Positions 47,732 through 58,182 of a stretch of DNA of 64,000 nt are shown here, piece by piece (position 1 is the stretch's first letter; each line of letters starts with the position of its first letter). The stretch is from Myxococcota bacterium (GTDB lineage: Bacteria > Myxococcota_A > UBA796 > UBA2385), in contig JBIJDH010000001.1 of assembly GCA_044344255.1 (NCBI GenBank), forward strand, positions 448,001 through 512,000, written 5' to 3'. The notes under the pieces were generated by a model that did no database searches, was not told the origin of the DNA, and saw nothing but the letters and a program-made list of their open reading frames with translations. The position numbers and the translations under genes are program-made.

Positions 47732-49759
47732 TCAGGCGGGATCGATCCGGCAGGCGAGGCCGTCGAGATCGGGGGTCCCGAGCAGGGGGTCGAGCCGGTC
47801 CGTACCCACCAGGGCGAGGGCGTCGGTGCCCCAGCCATGCGGGAGATCGGCGGTGTCGGGGCGGAGGGCCAGGTCGAGCTTCACCGGCACCACGAGGGAG
47901 CCAGCGCGGGTGCTGATCTTCACGCGGCTGCCCTCCGCTACCCCGGAGGAGGGGTGGAGCGAGAGGACGGGCGCCGCGCCGCCGAGCAGGCGGTCGACGG
48001 CCCGGCCCGGGCGGCGGGTCGTTCGCAGGCGCAGGGGGCGGGCCTCGTCGTGGGCGGGCTCGCGCAGCGCCTCGAGCAGGGGCACGATCTCGTCGGGCAC
48101 GAGGTTGATCTTGCCGTCCGGCGTGGTCACCCGCCAGGTGGCCCGATCGGCGTCGCCGCGATCGATGCGGTGCGGCGGGGCCTCGAGGGCCGACCAGGGG
48201 GCATCGCCGAACCACTCGGTCAAGCGGGCCTGCCAGGCGTCGAGATCGGCGGTGGCGAGGTACCGACCGCCGAGGGCGAGCTGCGGCCCGAAGGAGGAGC
48301 CGCGCACGCCCGGGTGGACCGCCGCGAAGAGCTCCTTCAGGATCTGCGCCTCGGGGCGAGCCTCTCCGGCCGCGGGCAGGAGGGCTGGCGTCCAGCCGGT
48401 GAGGTGGTGCGGCAGCAGGTTGGTGTCGAGGAGGTGGAGGTCTGCGCGCTCCCAGGGCAGCGTGATCGGCAGCACCCAGTGGGCCTTCTCGGTGGTCTCA
48501 TCGGGGAAGGCGGCGAGGCAGACGAGCGTGTCGAGGCCATCCAGGGCTGAGGCCACCCGCTGCGAGGCCGGGAGCGCGCGCGCCGGGTTGCCCGAGACCG
48601 AGATCAGGGCCCTGAGCTGCCCCTCTCCGCCTTGGAGGGCCTCGTCGGCGAACAGGGAGCCGGGCGCCTGGAGGAGGATGAGCGGGAGCTGCCCGCCCAC
48701 GCGCGTTCGAGGGGCCTCGGCGGTGGGGATGAGCGCGAGCGGGATGTGGAGGTCGAAGACACCCCGGTGGTCGTAGAGGCCGCCCGGGCGCAGCGTGTTG
48801 GCGGTGATCGTGTGGAGCGCCAGCCAGGCCCAGGCACCCACGCTCGCGTTGCTGTTGGCCAAGGCCGAGGGGCCGAGCCAGGCGGTGGCCATCGCAGCGC
48901 GGGCGAACTTGAGGGTGACGCCGGAGAGGGCCGCCACGTCGACGCCGCAGATCTCGGCGCAGCGCTCGAGCGGCCAAGCCGAGATGAGCTCCACCAGCCG
49001 ATCGTAGCCGGTGGTGTAGTCGTCCACGAACTGGACATCACGGAGGTTGCCCTTCACGATGGAGGACAACATCCCGAGCAGCAAGAAGGGCTCGGTGCCG
49101 GGACGGCAGGCGAGGTGCTGGTCCATCTCGCCGGCGAGCTTGGTCTTCCGGGGGTCGACCACGACCACCTTCGTGCCCTTGGTCTTCCGCGAGTGCCGCA
49201 GGTCCCGCTCGTGGGTCATGCCGGGGACGGAGGCGCCCCAGTCGGTCTGGTCAGGCTCACCGCCGAACATCACCACGAAGTGCGCGCGGCCCAGATCCGG
49301 CAGCAGGAGCGCTGGGTGCCCCAACATCAGCTCGGACATCCGGACGCGCGGGCCCGCCCCCCAGGCGAAGGTGCTGAAGACGTTCGGAGTGCCCATGCCG
49401 AGCGCAAAGGCGAGGCTGCGCACGAAGCCCTGCGTGTTGCGTTCGAGGCCATCGCCGAGGAAGAGGCCCACACCGCGGGCGCCGGAGGCCTTCCGAGCGG
49501 CGCGGAGGCGGTCTCCGATGTCGCGGATCGCCTCCTCCCAGGTGGCGGGGACGAGGCCGGCCTCGGTGCGCCGCATCGGGCGAGTGAAGCGCCGAGGGTC
49601 CGCGAGGAGGCGCGGAGAGGCCGCAGCGGACCCACAGAGGAAGCCCCCGGAGACCGGATCGTCGGCGTCGGGTTGGAGGGCGGTGATGGCGCCGTCTTGC
49701 ACATGGGCGACGAGGCCACAGCTCCCTTCACAGAGTCGGCAGTAGGTGTGGATGTTCAT
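47732..49759 (-). CDS. Molybdopterin-dependent oxidoreductase family protein (divergent)
   Basis: CRLCEGSCG...GFLC 4Fe-4S motif; VVDPRKT; RPGTE; SGNP; ET..AHWVLP. Confidence 0.85.
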   Translation of the reverse strand: MNIHTYCRLCEGSCGLVAHVQDGAITALQPDADDPVSGGFLCGSAAASPRLLADPRRFTRPMRRTEAGLVPATWEEAIRDIGDRLRAARKASGARGVGLFLGDGLERNTQGFVRSLAFALGMGTPNVFSTFAWGAGPRVRMSELMLGHPALLLPDLGRAHFVVMFGGEPDQTDWGASVPGMTHERDLRHSRKTKGTKVVVVDPRKTKLAGEMDQHLACRPGTEPFLLLGMLSSIVKGNLRDVQFVDDYTTGYDRLVELISAWPLERCAEICGVDVAALSGVTLKFARAAMATAWLGPSALANSNASVGAWAWLALHTITANTLRPGGLYDHRGVFDLHIPLALIPTAEAPRTRVGGQLPLILLQAPGSLFADEALQGGEGQLRALISVSGNPARALPASQRVASALDGLDTLVCLAAFPDETTEKAHWVLPITLPWERADLHLLDTNLLPHHLTGWTPALLPAAGEARPEAQILKELFAAVHPGVRGSSFGPQLALGGRYLATADLDAWQARLTEWFGDAPWSALEAPPHRIDRGDADRATWRVTTPDGKINLVPDEIVPLLEALREPAHDEARPLRLRTTRRPGRAVDRLLGGAAPVLSLHPSSGVAEGSRVKISTRAGSLVVPVKLDLALRPDTADLPHGWGTDALALVGTDRLDPLLGTPDLDGLACRIDPA

Positions 49760-49870
49760 GGCCGGGGCCCATATCCCGACCAGCGCGAGCGCTCAGCCGA
49801 GCCGTCGTTTTTTCAGGTCATCGCCCCAACCGGTCGCCGTCCGGCGCGCGCCACCCCACCCGGACCGCCC

Positions 49871-50647
49871 TCAGGCGGGCAGCGCCCGGGCCAGCGCGGC
49901 GAGCTTTCGCGACGACCGTGGCAGATCGGCCGCCTGTCGGTGGAGGGCGCGCACCGCCGCGGCCTCGCGCAGCGCGGGGATCAGCCGCTCGACCAGCCGA
50001 TCGACCTCGGGGCCGTAGAGGGCCGCCAGCCAGGCCACGACCGGCTGCTCGGGGTGGGCGCGCAGCACGGCGAGGGCGGCCTGCTGGGCCTCCGCCAGGG
50101 CGTCCACCGCGAAGAGGGCCTCGAGGGGCTCGATTCGGCCGAGCTCCCCGGTGAGCCCCACGAGCGAGGCTCGCGCTCCCGCCTCGGCGTAAGCGAGGCA
50201 GCGGGCCGCAAAGTCGGGGTGATCGGCCATCGCACGCAGGGGAGCGCGGCCGAAGTCAGCGCCCTCCAGCTTTTGCGCGAGGCCGATCAGCCAGGGGGCG
50301 TCCGGGTGGCGGGAGATCGCGACGGTGAGCACGTCGGGGCCGGTCACGGGGTTCAGCTCGCCGAGCCTCCGGTAGAGCGACTTCGGCGCCACCGCCTCCT
50401 CGAGCACCGCCACCTCCCCGAGGGCCGCGCGGACGACAGCGGGCTCGGAGACGGCCCGAGGGCCGACGAGGAGCTCGACCAGCGCCACCGGCTCGCGCTG
50501 GGCGATGAGGCGGACGCTGGCGGCCACCGGCTCGCCGGCCCGGGCCAGCCGGACGAGCTCCGCCCGCACGAGGGGGAGCTCGCGGCGGAGATCGGCGGCC
50601 CCGAGGTCGAGCCGGATGCCCCCGGGGCTCGCCGCGTCGCCGCTCAT
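49871..50647 (-). CDS. Hypothetical protein
   Basis: Open frame, high GC3, 4-bp overlap with the upstream gene. Confidence 0.6.
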   Translation of the reverse strand: MSGDAASPGGIRLDLGAADLRRELPLVRAELVRLARAGEPVAASVRLIAQREPVALVELLVGPRAVSEPAVVRAALGEVAVLEEAVAPKSLYRRLGELNPVTGPDVLTVAISRHPDAPWLIGLAQKLEGADFGRAPLRAMADHPDFAARCLAYAEAGARASLVGLTGELGRIEPLEALFAVDALAEAQQAALAVLRAHPEQPVVAWLAALYGPEVDRLVERLIPALREAAAVRALHRQAADLPRSSRKLAALARALPA

Positions 50648-51204
50648 GGTTCGCCCCGCTGGCCGGTCCGGGCCGCCAGCCAGCGCGGGTCGGGCGGCTG
50701 GAGGGGGTGATGGGAGGGGGCCCCGATCACCTGGGTGGGCCGCACCTCGAGGTTGAGCACCCCCGGCGTGCGCGAGGGGCGCCCGGGGGGACAGAGCAGC
50801 GGGTGGCGGAGCGAGACCAGGGGGCCCACCTGCTCGCGGGCGAGGCCCCAGACCATCGAGAGCCCTACGCCGGCGAGGCCGATCCCGCCTGCATCCTCGC
50901 TGAGCAGGACGAGCACGAGGTCGCCGCCCCCGCCGGGGCCGAGGGCCTCGGCCGGGATGGCCCCCACCCGCTCCCAGGCCCGGCGGAGCAGGCCGAAGCG
51001 GTCGAGCGCCTCTCCTTCAGCGGCGGAGCGCAGCGCCACCTCGACGCGCCGGGCCGCGCGGTAGGCGCCCTCGGGACCGGCGTCCACCGCCACCCGACCG
51101 GCGGCGGAGAGGCGGGCCCCTCCGCTCTCCACCGCGGCGCGAAAGTGCCCGAGGAAGGGCAGGCGCCCCTCCTCGCCGAGCAGCACGGCGCGCGGCGGGC
51201 TCAG
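50644..51204 (-). CDS. Hypothetical protein (start either CTG 51204 or GTG 51186)
   Basis: Fills the gap between the thiolase and the next gene; coding-like GC3. Confidence 0.55.
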   Translation of the reverse strand: MSPPRAVLLGEEGRLPFLGHFRAAVESGGARLSAAGRVAVDAGPEGAYRAARRVEVALRSAAEGEALDRFGLLRRAWERVGAIPAEALGPGGGGDLVLVLLSEDAGGIGLAGVGLSMVWGLAREQVGPLVSLRHPLLCPPGRPSRTPGVLNLEVRPTQVIGAPSHHPLQPPDPRWLAARTGQRGEP

Positions 51205-52379
51205 ACGTACATCTCGCGGTCGATGATGGTGGTGGTGCCCTGACCAAAGCCGATGCACATCGTGGACAGGCCCAAACGACCGCCCGTCTGCTCGAGCACG
51301 CCGAGCAGGGTGGTGATCAAGCGACAGCCCGAGGCGCCGAGCGGGTGGCCGAGGGCGATCGCGCCGCCGTGGACATTGGTGCGGTCGAAGTCAAAGCCAA
51401 GGTGGCGCCCGCAGCCGAGCACCACCGAGGCGAAGGCCTCGTTGATCTCGACGGCGTCGATGTCCTTCATCTGCAGACCGGCCCGCTTGAGCGCCTTCTG
51501 CGTGGCGGGCACCGGGGCGGTGAGCATGATCGTGGGATCACAGCCCGCGGTGGCCATGCTGATCACCCGCGCCCGCGGCTTGAGCCCGTAGTCCTTCACC
51601 GCCTGGCGGCTGGCCAGGAGCACCGCCGAGGCGCCATCGGAGATCTGCGAGGAGGAGCCGGCGGTGATGAGGCCCCCGTCCTGGAAGGCCGGCTTGAGGC
51701 CCGCGAGCCGCTGGAGCGAGGTGTCGCGGCGGAAGCCCTCGTCTACCGAGAAGGTGCGGACGCCCTCCGCGGTGCGGAGCTCGACTGGCACGATCTCGGC
51801 GACGAAGCGCCCGGCGTCGGAGGCGGCGGCCGCCCGCTGGTGGCTCTGGAGGGACCAGGCGTCGAGCTCCTCGCGGCGGAGCTCGTAGCGGGCGGCGACC
51901 AGCTCGGCGGAGATGCCCTGCGGCACGACCGTGGTGCGCCAAGAGAGCTCGGGAGAGGGCATCACCAGCTCGCCCTCGTAGAACATGTCCGAGCCCATGC
52001 GCACGCGGCTCATGCTCTCTACGCCCGCGGCGATGACGATGTCCTGGAAGCCGCTGGCCACGCCCATCGCCGCGAAGTGGAGCGCTTGCTGGGAGGACCC
52101 GCACATCCGGTTGACGCTCACGCCGGTGGTGTCGATCGGCAGCCCCGCGATCAGGGCGGCGTTGCGGGCGATGTTGAGCCCCTGCTCGCCCACCTGGGTG
52201 ACACAGCCCATCACCACGTCTTCGATCAGGGCGGGGTCGATCCCCGTGCGGGCCACCAGCGCGCGGAGGGGGACCGCGGCGAGCTCGTCGGCCCGCATCC
52301 CGGCGAGGGAGCCCCCCTTCCGACCCATGGGGGTGCGCACGGCGTCGATGATGTAGGCCTCGTGGACGGTCTGCGACAT
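51201..52379 (-). CDS. Acetyl-CoA C-acyltransferase (thiolase)
   Basis: [30 protein letters not shown]. Confidence 0.95.
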   Translation of the reverse strand: MSQTVHEAYIIDAVRTPMGRKGGSLAGMRADELAAVPLRALVARTGIDPALIEDVVMGCVTQVGEQGLNIARNAALIAGLPIDTTGVSVNRMCGSSQQALHFAAMGVASGFQDIVIAAGVESMSRVRMGSDMFYEGELVMPSPELSWRTTVVPQGISAELVAARYELRREELDAWSLQSHQRAAAASDAGRFVAEIVPVELRTAEGVRTFSVDEGFRRDTSLQRLAGLKPAFQDGGLITAGSSSQISDGASAVLLASRQAVKDYGLKPRARVISMATAGCDPTIMLTAPVPATQKALKRAGLQMKDIDAVEINEAFASVVLGCGRHLGFDFDRTNVHGGAIALGHPLGASGCRLITTLLGVLEQTGGRLGLSTMCIGFGQGTTTIIDREMYV

Positions 52380-52431
52380 GGGATCTCTCGGGGGGCTCGG
52401 GGGATCAACCAGGGAGGAGGCGAAGGAGGCC

Positions 52432-53061
52432 CTACAGGGCCTCGAAGGCCCCACAGGTGAGCATCTGAGCCCCGTAGTAGGGGTTGGCGATGGTGGGGGT
52501 GCCGGCGTCCTGGATCCAGCGGCCGGGCTTCATCGGGCAGTAGGCCACCGCGAAGGAGGCGCCGGGGGCCGCCCCCGCTGGAGCGGCTCCCGCAGGCGCG
52601 GCCCCTGCGCGGGCGAGCTCCCGCATCGGCTCGAAGAGGCCCAGGAAGGCGCCGCGGTCGGTGGCGAGGGTGCCGGTCCACGCGCCGCGCGCGGCCTGCA
52701 CCGCGGTCACCGCCGTGGCCTGCTGTGGAGACGCCGTGGCGACCCCGATCGCCGCCTCGAGCGCGGTCATCGCCGCGGTAGCGCCCGCGGCGTCATCCTT
52801 GGCCAGCGCGGCGCCGAGGTTGGCGTAGGCCTGGACGGCGGCGGCCAAGGAAGGATCCGCGCAGCAGGAGAACCGGACCCCCTCGAAGCCGCCAGCGGCC
52901 GGCCGCGGCTGCTCCCCGGTGACGACGGGCACGACCGGCCGGGCGGGCGCCGCCTCCTCACCCCCGCAGCCGAGGCCGCCGAGGACGAGCAGCCCGAGGA
53001 GGGGCGCCATGCGGGCGAGGTTCGAGAGGGCGGACGTTCGGGCGAGCGACGAGCAGACCAT
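52432..53061 (-). CDS. DUF3347-like lipoprotein
   Basis: YCPMKPGRWIQ...IANPYYGAQMLTCG; GLGC lipobox. Confidence 0.75.
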   Translation of the reverse strand: MVCSSLARTSALSNLARMAPLLGLLVLGGLGCGGEEAAPARPVVPVVTGEQPRPAAGGFEGVRFSCCADPSLAAAVQAYANLGAALAKDDAAGATAAMTALEAAIGVATASPQQATAVTAVQAARGAWTGTLATDRGAFLGLFEPMRELARAGAAPAGAAPAGAAPGASFAVAYCPMKPGRWIQDAGTPTIANPYYGAQMLTCGAFEAL

Positions 53062-53171
53062 GGTGGCCTCCAGCGGGCGCCGTATCTGTCGGTCCGCCGC
53101 CGGGCCAGCCCTTGCGAGCCGCATGGCGGCGCACTAAGACCGCGCCACGGACCCGCCGGAGGCGTAGAACC

Positions 53172-53519
53172 ATGGCCCACCCCACCCACGAATCAGCTCA
53201 CGACAGCGGCTCGCATGGCAGCGGCTCGCACGATAGCGGCAAGAAGAGCTACACGCCCGGCATGGTGCGCAACGCCGTCATCTGGGTGACCGGCGGCCTC
53301 TGCGCGGCCACCGGGATGGTCACCGCGGTGGCCGGCGGCGGCTTCGGCATGAAGGGCGGCGGGGACACCGCGGTCATCTTCAAGACCCTCGGCTACGACG
53401 GCCTCGACAACTTCGCGGTGGGCACCCCGGGCTTGATCGCGATCGGCCTGCTGCTCACCGGCGTCGCCCTCCTCGCGACCGCCAGCGCCGGCGCCTGGAA
53501 GGAGACCGGCGGTTACTGA
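53172..53519 (+). CDS. Small two-TM membrane protein with a His/Ser-rich N-terminus
   Basis: GGAGG RBS; HDSGSHGSGSHDSG; two TM segments. Confidence 0.7.
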   Translation: MAHPTHESAHDSGSHGSGSHDSGKKSYTPGMVRNAVIWVTGGLCAATGMVTAVAGGGFGMKGGGDTAVIFKTLGYDGLDNFAVGTPGLIAIGLLLTGVALLATASAGAWKETGGY

Positions 53520-53523
53520 GCCC

Positions 53524-55227
53524 GTGAACGCGGAGCCGGAGCCGACTGTGTCCTCGCCGACTGTGTCCCCTTCGCCCGATTCCCCGGCCCCCGTCGGCGC
53601 CTCGGTCGCCTTCCCGCGGCTCCTGCTCGGCCAGCTCAGCCCGGTCCTCGGAGACCTCGAGGGCAACCTGGCGCAGGCCAGGCACGCGCTCCAGCAGGCG
53701 CGGCTCCGACGGCGGCCCTGGGTCCTGTTGCCCGAGCTCTCGGTCACCGGCTACCCGCCGAAAGACCTCCTCCTCGTGCCCGCCTTTGTCGAGGCCGCCG
53801 AGGCCGCCGCCGTGGCGCTGGCCGCCGAGGTCGAGGTGGGAGAGGTCCTGGTCTTCGGAGCCCCCTGGCGCGCCGCCGGCGGGCTCTGGAACGCCGCGAT
53901 CGTGGCCACCGGCGGCACGATCGTGGCGGTGGTGCCGAAGGTCCGGCTGCCCACCTACGACGTCTTTGACGAAGCGCGCTGGTTCATGCCCGGCGCCGCC
54001 GCCCAGGTGGTCGAGCTGCAGGGCCTGCGCGTGGGCATCACCATCTGCGAAGACATCTGGTTCGAGCCCGGCCAGGGGGTGGGCCCCGATCCCATCGCCG
54101 AGCTGCGTGGCCGCTGTGATCTCGTGCTCAACCTGTCGGCCAGCCCCTTCCACGCCGGCAAGGGGGCCGAGCGCCTCGCGCTGCTGGGCCGCCAGGCCCG
54201 CCGCCTCGGCGCCCCGATCGTCTACTGCAACCAGGTGGGCGGCCACGACGAGCTGCTCTTCGATGGAGACAGCCTCGCCGTCAACGCCGCAGGCGCGCTC
54301 GTCGCCCGGGGGCCGAGCTGCGGCGAGGCCCACATCGCCGTCGATCTCGCCGACGCGCCGGTCGAAGACGAGGAGAGCGAGCTCGAGGAGCAGTGGTACC
54401 GCGCGCTGCTGATGGGCATCCGCGACTACGCGCGCCGCACCGGCTTCGACCGCGCCCTGATCGGTCTCAGCGGCGGCATCGACTCCGCCCTCGTCGCCAC
54501 CCTCGCCGCCGACGCCCTCGGGGCCGACAAGGTTCTGGGCATCGGCATGCCCGGGCCCTACTCTTCAGAGGGCTCGGTCACCGACGCCCGCGACCTCGCC
54601 GCCCGCCTCGGCATCCGCTTCGAGCTGCTGCCCATCGGCGCCGTCCAGGACGCGCTCACCGAGACGCTGAAGCCCCTCTTCGGCCACCGGAGGCCCGATC
54701 TGACCGAAGAGAACACGCAGGCCCGCGCCCGCGGCACCCTGCTGATGGCGGTCTCGAACAAGCTCGGCCACCTCTTGCTCACCACGGGCAACAAGAGCGA
54801 GACCGCGGTCGGCTACTGCACGCTCTACGGTGACATGAACGGCGGCCTCGCCGTGATCTCCGACCTCTACAAGACCGAGATCTGGCGCCTCTCGCGGTGG
54901 ATCAACCGCATCGAGGAGCGCATCCCCTGGGCGAGCATCGAGAAGGCCCCCTCGGCCGAGCTCCGCCCCGACCAGACCGACCAGGACAGCCTCCCGCCCT
55001 ACGAGGTGCTCGACCCCATCCTCCACGCCCACGTCGAGCGCGGGCTGTCGGCGGTGGAGATCGCCAAGGCGGGCATCGGCCCCGCCGACCTCGCCCTGCG
55101 GGTGGTCCGGATGGTGGCCCGCGCCGAGTACAAGCGCTGGCAGGCGGCCCCCGGGCTGCGGCTCAGCCCCAAGGCCTTCGGGACCGGCCGGCGCATGCCG
55201 CTCACCGCCCGCTGGCCGGCTTCATGA
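53524..55227 (+). CDS. nadE: Glutamine-dependent NAD+ synthetase
   Basis: PELSVTGYPP, ICEDIW, SGGIDS, ENTQAR, TGNKSE, PSAELRPDQTD. Confidence 0.95.
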   Translation: MNAEPEPTVSSPTVSPSPDSPAPVGASVAFPRLLLGQLSPVLGDLEGNLAQARHALQQARLRRRPWVLLPELSVTGYPPKDLLLVPAFVEAAEAAAVALAAEVEVGEVLVFGAPWRAAGGLWNAAIVATGGTIVAVVPKVRLPTYDVFDEARWFMPGAAAQVVELQGLRVGITICEDIWFEPGQGVGPDPIAELRGRCDLVLNLSASPFHAGKGAERLALLGRQARRLGAPIVYCNQVGGHDELLFDGDSLAVNAAGALVARGPSCGEAHIAVDLADAPVEDEESELEEQWYRALLMGIRDYARRTGFDRALIGLSGGIDSALVATLAADALGADKVLGIGMPGPYSSEGSVTDARDLAARLGIRFELLPIGAVQDALTETLKPLFGHRRPDLTEENTQARARGTLLMAVSNKLGHLLLTTGNKSETAVGYCTLYGDMNGGLAVISDLYKTEIWRLSRWINRIEERIPWASIEKAPSAELRPDQTDQDSLPPYEVLDPILHAHVERGLSAVEIAKAGIGPADLALRVVRMVARAEYKRWQAAPGLRLSPKAFGTGRRMPLTARWPAS

Positions 55228-56240
55228 GCGCCGAGCCCCACCGGCGCCGCATCGCCCCCCGCCTCGACCCCGACGCCCTCTCCGCCGACCTCCTGGAGTT
55301 CCTCAAGCTCCTCGACGGCGCGCTGCAAGACCTCGCCGGGGGAGAGGGCGCGCCCCCGGGCTTTGATCCTCGGCTCTTCCTCGCGCCGGGCCTGCCGCGG
55401 GTGCGCCCCCTGCTCGTCCTCCTGAGCGCGCGCGCCGCGGGGGACGGCGCCAGCGACGGCGCCGAGCTGCGGGACCCCTCCACCCAGCACGTCGCGGCCG
55501 CCGCTGAGCTCCTGCACATCGCGATCGCGCTCCACGACGCGGCGCTCGGGCGCCAGGGCGGGCGGAGGCGGCGCGCAGCCCGGCGCCTGATCGGCGGGGC
55601 GGTGGGCATGCTCGCCGGCCACCACCTCACGCTGCGGGCGCTCGAGCTCGCCCGACACACCCACGCCCCCGAGATCGTGGGCGACCTCCTCGAGACCATG
55701 CGCGAGGTGGCCGAGGGCCACGCCCTCTCCGAGCGCCTCCGCCAGCGCTTCGCCACCTCCGAGGAGGCCCTGGCCTTGGCCGAGGGCCACTCCGGCGCCG
55801 TCTTCTCCTTCGCCTGTCGCGCCGGCGGCCGCCTCGCTCACGCCGATCGCAGCGTCGTCTCCGCCCTCGGCCGATACGGGCGTCACACGGGGATCGCCTG
55901 GTACATCGCCGAGGAGCTGGCCTGGATTGACCTCTCCGCCGGTGAAGACCCCACCCCCTTCGAGGACCGCGCCGCTGAGGGGCGGCCGAGCTTCACGATC
56001 AGCGTCGCCGCCGAGCGGGACCCCGGCCTCGCCGCCGCCTGGACCGCCTTTGGCCGCCGCCGCCCCAAGCCCGACGAGGCGCTGTCGCTCGCCGAGCGCA
56101 TCCGGGCCGCCGGGGGCTTCCGGGTCGGTCGGGCCCGCCTCGCCCGCGAGAGCTGGGCCGCCCAGCAGGCCCTCATCGGCCTCGAGCCCTCCCCTCACCG
56201 GCAGGCGCTGGGCGAGCTGGCCGCGGCCCTCGCCCGTTGA
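55224..56240 (+). CDS. Polyprenyl-synthetase-fold protein lacking both DDxxD motifs
   Basis: RVRPLLVLLSA, AAAELLH...LHDAALG, GIAWYIAEEL. Confidence 0.75.
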   Translation: MSAEPHRRRIAPRLDPDALSADLLEFLKLLDGALQDLAGGEGAPPGFDPRLFLAPGLPRVRPLLVLLSARAAGDGASDGAELRDPSTQHVAAAAELLHIAIALHDAALGRQGGRRRRAARRLIGGAVGMLAGHHLTLRALELARHTHAPEIVGDLLETMREVAEGHALSERLRQRFATSEEALALAEGHSGAVFSFACRAGGRLAHADRSVVSALGRYGRHTGIAWYIAEELAWIDLSAGEDPTPFEDRAAEGRPSFTISVAAERDPGLAAAWTAFGRRRPKPDEALSLAERIRAAGGFRVGRARLARESWAAQQALIGLEPSPHRQALGELAAALAR

Positions 56241-56258
56241 CGGCAGGAGGGGAGCCGC

Positions 56259-57737
56259 TCAGGGGCAGGAGTAGCCGCCCTCCGCGTAGCTGGAGACCGA
56301 GAAGGAGGCGACGTAGGCGATGAACCGGTACCAGTCGCCCGGGCCGCCGAGGGTGTCCGCCGCGCCCACCACCCGCAGGTAGTAGGTGCCCGGCCCCACC
56401 GCCACGTTCTCGAGGCTGGCGTTGGGGACGGCGTCCCCGTCGCCCACGACCGAAGAGAGGAGGGCGCCGCCCTCGTCGTAGAGCTCGAGGGAGGGCGTCG
56501 AGAGCGCCCCCCAGAGGCCCGAGTTGAGGCACACCACGACGTAGCCTTCGTCGTAGCTGTTCTCGAGGGCGTACCAGTCTTCGTCGGCGGTGGCGTCGAG
56601 CTCGGCGCGCCCGAGCCCCTGGGTGAAGAGCTTGCCCGAGCCGTTCTCGAACTCCGTGAGCGTGATCGGGTTGGCCTGGAGCGCGGTGTCATCGGGCTCG
56701 AGGCCGACATCGAAGGACGTGGTCTCGAAGCGAGCGATGAGGTGGAGGAAGGCCCAGTGATCGGGCCCGCCGCCGCCCGAGACGTCGCTCACCTCGACGA
56801 GGTACTCCCCCGCCGCGGCGCCCGGGTAGAGCGCGAGGCCGGCGGGGCCGACGTCACCCTTGTCGCTCACCACCTCGCCCGAGGGGTCCACAAGGGTGAA
56901 GCGGGGCCGCATGTCGCTGCCGTCGATCACCTCGTTGCCGTCGAGCTCGAGGTTGACGGTGTCGAGGGTGCTGTCGATCACGATGTAGTCGACGTCGCCG
57001 GGCTCCTCGAGCAGCACGCCGATCGAGGTCCAGAGGCGCTCGGCGTCGAGGCTCACGATGAGGCTCGGCTCGTCGGGGCTGTCGGTCTCGCTCGTGAAGG
57101 CGTCCCACTCTACGAGCTCGACGGTGTAGGCGTAGTCGGGGCTGCCCGCCTGGGTGTCGAGGCCGTAGTAGGTGCCGATGTCCTCCACGCTCAGGGTGTA
57201 GGTGCCGGGCTCGGAGAGGTAGGCGAAGAGGATGGAGTCGGCGCCCGAGATGGTGCTGCCGGTGGGGAAGCCGTCGGAGGCCGTCACCACCTTGCCGTTC
57301 TCCTTGCGGAGCACGACCACGGTGTCGAAGCCCTCGGCGTCCTCTGCCTCGTAGGCCGTCTTCACGCGGATGAACTCTCCGCCTTCGGCGACGATGGCGT
57401 AGTAGTCGACATCTCCAGCGGGGTTGATGAAGCCGGTGGTGCTGGAGTCCCACAGCAGGCCCTCCGCCTCCTCAACGGCGTTGTTGCGGTCGCCGTCCTG
57501 GCAGGCGCCCTCCTCGCAGATCGCGTAGTCGGCGCAGGCGTCGTCTGACGAACAGCCGTCGCCGCCGTCGCCGCCATCGCCGCCATCGCCGCCATCGCCG
57601 CCGTCGCCGGAGCCGTCCCCACCGCCCGCGGACGAGCCAGTGGACTTGTCGGCCCCGCAGGCCGTGGCGAAGGACAGGGCGATGGAGAGGAGGAGCACCG
57701 CGAGGTACGAAGACGATTTCAGCCGGCCGTGGAACAT
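56259..57737 (-). CDS. Acidic lipoprotein with three PPC-like beta-sandwich domains
   Basis: ATAC lipobox; GGD repeats; repeated GDVDYY/GDVDYI/DEDWY motifs. Confidence 0.75.
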   Translation of the reverse strand: MFHGRLKSSSYLAVLLLSIALSFATACGADKSTGSSAGGGDGSGDGGDGGDGGDGGDGGDGCSSDDACADYAICEEGACQDGDRNNAVEEAEGLLWDSSTTGFINPAGDVDYYAIVAEGGEFIRVKTAYEAEDAEGFDTVVVLRKENGKVVTASDGFPTGSTISGADSILFAYLSEPGTYTLSVEDIGTYYGLDTQAGSPDYAYTVELVEWDAFTSETDSPDEPSLIVSLDAERLWTSIGVLLEEPGDVDYIVIDSTLDTVNLELDGNEVIDGSDMRPRFTLVDPSGEVVSDKGDVGPAGLALYPGAAAGEYLVEVSDVSGGGGPDHWAFLHLIARFETTSFDVGLEPDDTALQANPITLTEFENGSGKLFTQGLGRAELDATADEDWYALENSYDEGYVVVCLNSGLWGALSTPSLELYDEGGALLSSVVGDGDAVPNASLENVAVGPGTYYLRVVGAADTLGGPGDWYRFIAYVASFSVSSYAEGGYSCP

Positions 57738-57845
57738 CTTCACCATCCTGTTGACGAACGATGACTTGAAGAGACTACACCTGTGTGCATCATGGGGCAT
57801 CCAGCGCCCGAGCGCGCTCGCCGCGCCCGCTCCGCTGCGATCTCT

Positions 57846-57887
57846 CCTCTTCGCCGAGATCCCTCTTCGCCGAGATCCCTCTTCGCC
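57846..57887. repeat. 16-bp tandem repeat x2.6
   Basis: CCTCTTCGCCGAGATC. Confidence 0.8.
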
Positions 57888-57969
57888 TTCGGGGCCGCCC
57901 ACCGCTTCGCGCGGGGGCCTCGGAAGAGCGCGGGGGAAGAACTCAAGTCCACAGGGGGTTCCCCTCCGC

Positions 57970-58034
57970 TTGACACCCTTGTAACCAACCCGTCACAGTC
58001 CGTCATTGACACCCGCCCGCCCTTGCGGTGAAAT
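57970..58034 (+). promoter_or_regulatory. Tandem sigma70-like promoters
   Basis: TTGACACCC at 57970 and 58006; the second is followed after 17 bp by TGAAAT. Confidence 0.5.
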
Positions 58035-58182
58035 GCCCAACCTCTCCATATGCCGAGCCCGCTGCCCGGGTCCCCGACGGGTCGGGGGTGGCGGCGGGGC
58101 GGTCGGAGACACAGCGGCACCGCGATCCGAACGTCCCAGTAGAACCCCCCGGCCGGCTCAGCCTGGAAGGTGGAGCGTCTGA

